Of a stretch of 64,000 nt of DNA, positions 63,715 through 64,000 are shown one piece after another (the first letter of the stretch is position 1; each line of letters opens with the position of its first letter). Position numbers and translations under genes: made by a program. The stretch lies in NCBI GenBank assembly GCA_046546095.1, contig JBKGYK010000002.1:2975-66974 (forward strand), read 5' to 3'. The notes beneath the pieces were generated by a model. The model searched no databases. It was not told the DNA's origin and saw nothing but the letters and a program-made list of their open reading frames with translations. The stretch is from Bacteroidales bacterium. GTDB lineage: Bacteria > Bacteroidota > Bacteroidia > Bacteroidales > ML635J-15.

Positions 63715-64000
63715 ATGACAAAAAAAATAGCCATAGCCGGTAATGAAGGCCCGAAGGTGCGCTCCGATTGCCGGATTGAATTGGAATTACTGGATTCCGG
63801 AGGAATTTCCTTTCAGCTGAAAAGCAAAGTGAAAGCCCTTTTTGAGGAGAAAATTCAGACCAAAATCACGGAAATTCTGGAATTTTACGGCATCAGACAT
63901 GCACGGGTTGATGTGGTGGATTCCGGAGCATTGGATTATATCATTGCTGCACGGGTTGAAGCAGCCGTAAAACAGTTGGTTGAAACCGATAAGGAATATT
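63715..64000 (+). CDS. Citrate lyase acyl-carrier-protein (gamma subunit)-like protein, runs off the window end
   Basis: Hand translation gives MTKKIAIAGNEGPKVRSDCRIELELL...VDVVDSGALDYIIAARVEAAVKQL. The AG..(S)D prosthetic-group region and the D.GALD..I.AR.EAA block resemble CitD. It is absent from the ORF track because no stop occurs within the window. Confidence 0.5.
   Translation, partial: MTKKIAIAGNEGPKVRSDCRIELELLDSGGISFQLKSKVKALFEEKIQTKITEILEFYGIRHARVDVVDSGALDYIIAARVEAAVKQLVETDKEY

Noticed and set aside
1-64000. Search for CRISPR arrays, IS elements, integrases, tRNA/rRNA genes, toxin-antitoxin pairs or known defence-system genes
   Set aside because: None were found by eye. There are no spaced direct-repeat arrays, no transposase or recombinase motifs, no cloverleaf-like GC islands beyond the three RNA candidates reported, and no nuclease/ATPase gene pairs. 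The window looks like conserved core chromosome.

Overview
This is a 64-kb chromosomal segment of a Bacteroidota-type genome. Supporting signals are ribosomal protein THX, a T9SS C-terminal sorting domain, DUF4199 and DUF3127 proteins, and TAnnTTTG -7 promoter motifs. The window opens inside dnaA and runs through tightly packed core and envelope genes. In order, these are: small metabolic genes; a hybrid histidine kinase; a roughly 2000-aa thioester-type alpha-2-macroglobulin next to an Asp-box/T9SS protein; an insulated four-gene signalling module; an ADP-forming acetyl-CoA synthetase; an OmpH/Skp-like protein; a roughly 9.5-kb Wzx/Wzy-type glycan locus that includes a sulfotransferase; rny-zapA; M23 and M48 peptidases; a tricorn-like S41 protease; a LiaF-like/LytS/LytTR module; a four-gene PAS/kinase/receiver phosphorelay; the complete nqrABCDEF-apbE operon; and the start of a citD-like gene. 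I saw no transposase, integrase, CRISPR array, rRNA, tRNA or recognisable defence gene, so this reads as core genome rather than an accessory island. Three features are absent from the ORF track. They are a 39-aa THX ribosomal protein gene, the SRP RNA (which explains a spurious 75-aa ORF), and a roughly 196-nt closed-helix ncRNA between zapA and rny that looks 6S-like. The least explained module is 15340-18104. It encodes an acidic 217-aa protein ending in GGG-TTNVSLPCPPNCKK, followed by a 7-TM protein, a sensor-less single-pass HisKA_3 kinase and a NarL-type regulator, and it is bracketed by two bidirectional terminators. Product calls rest on motif recognition by eye, and no database search was run.
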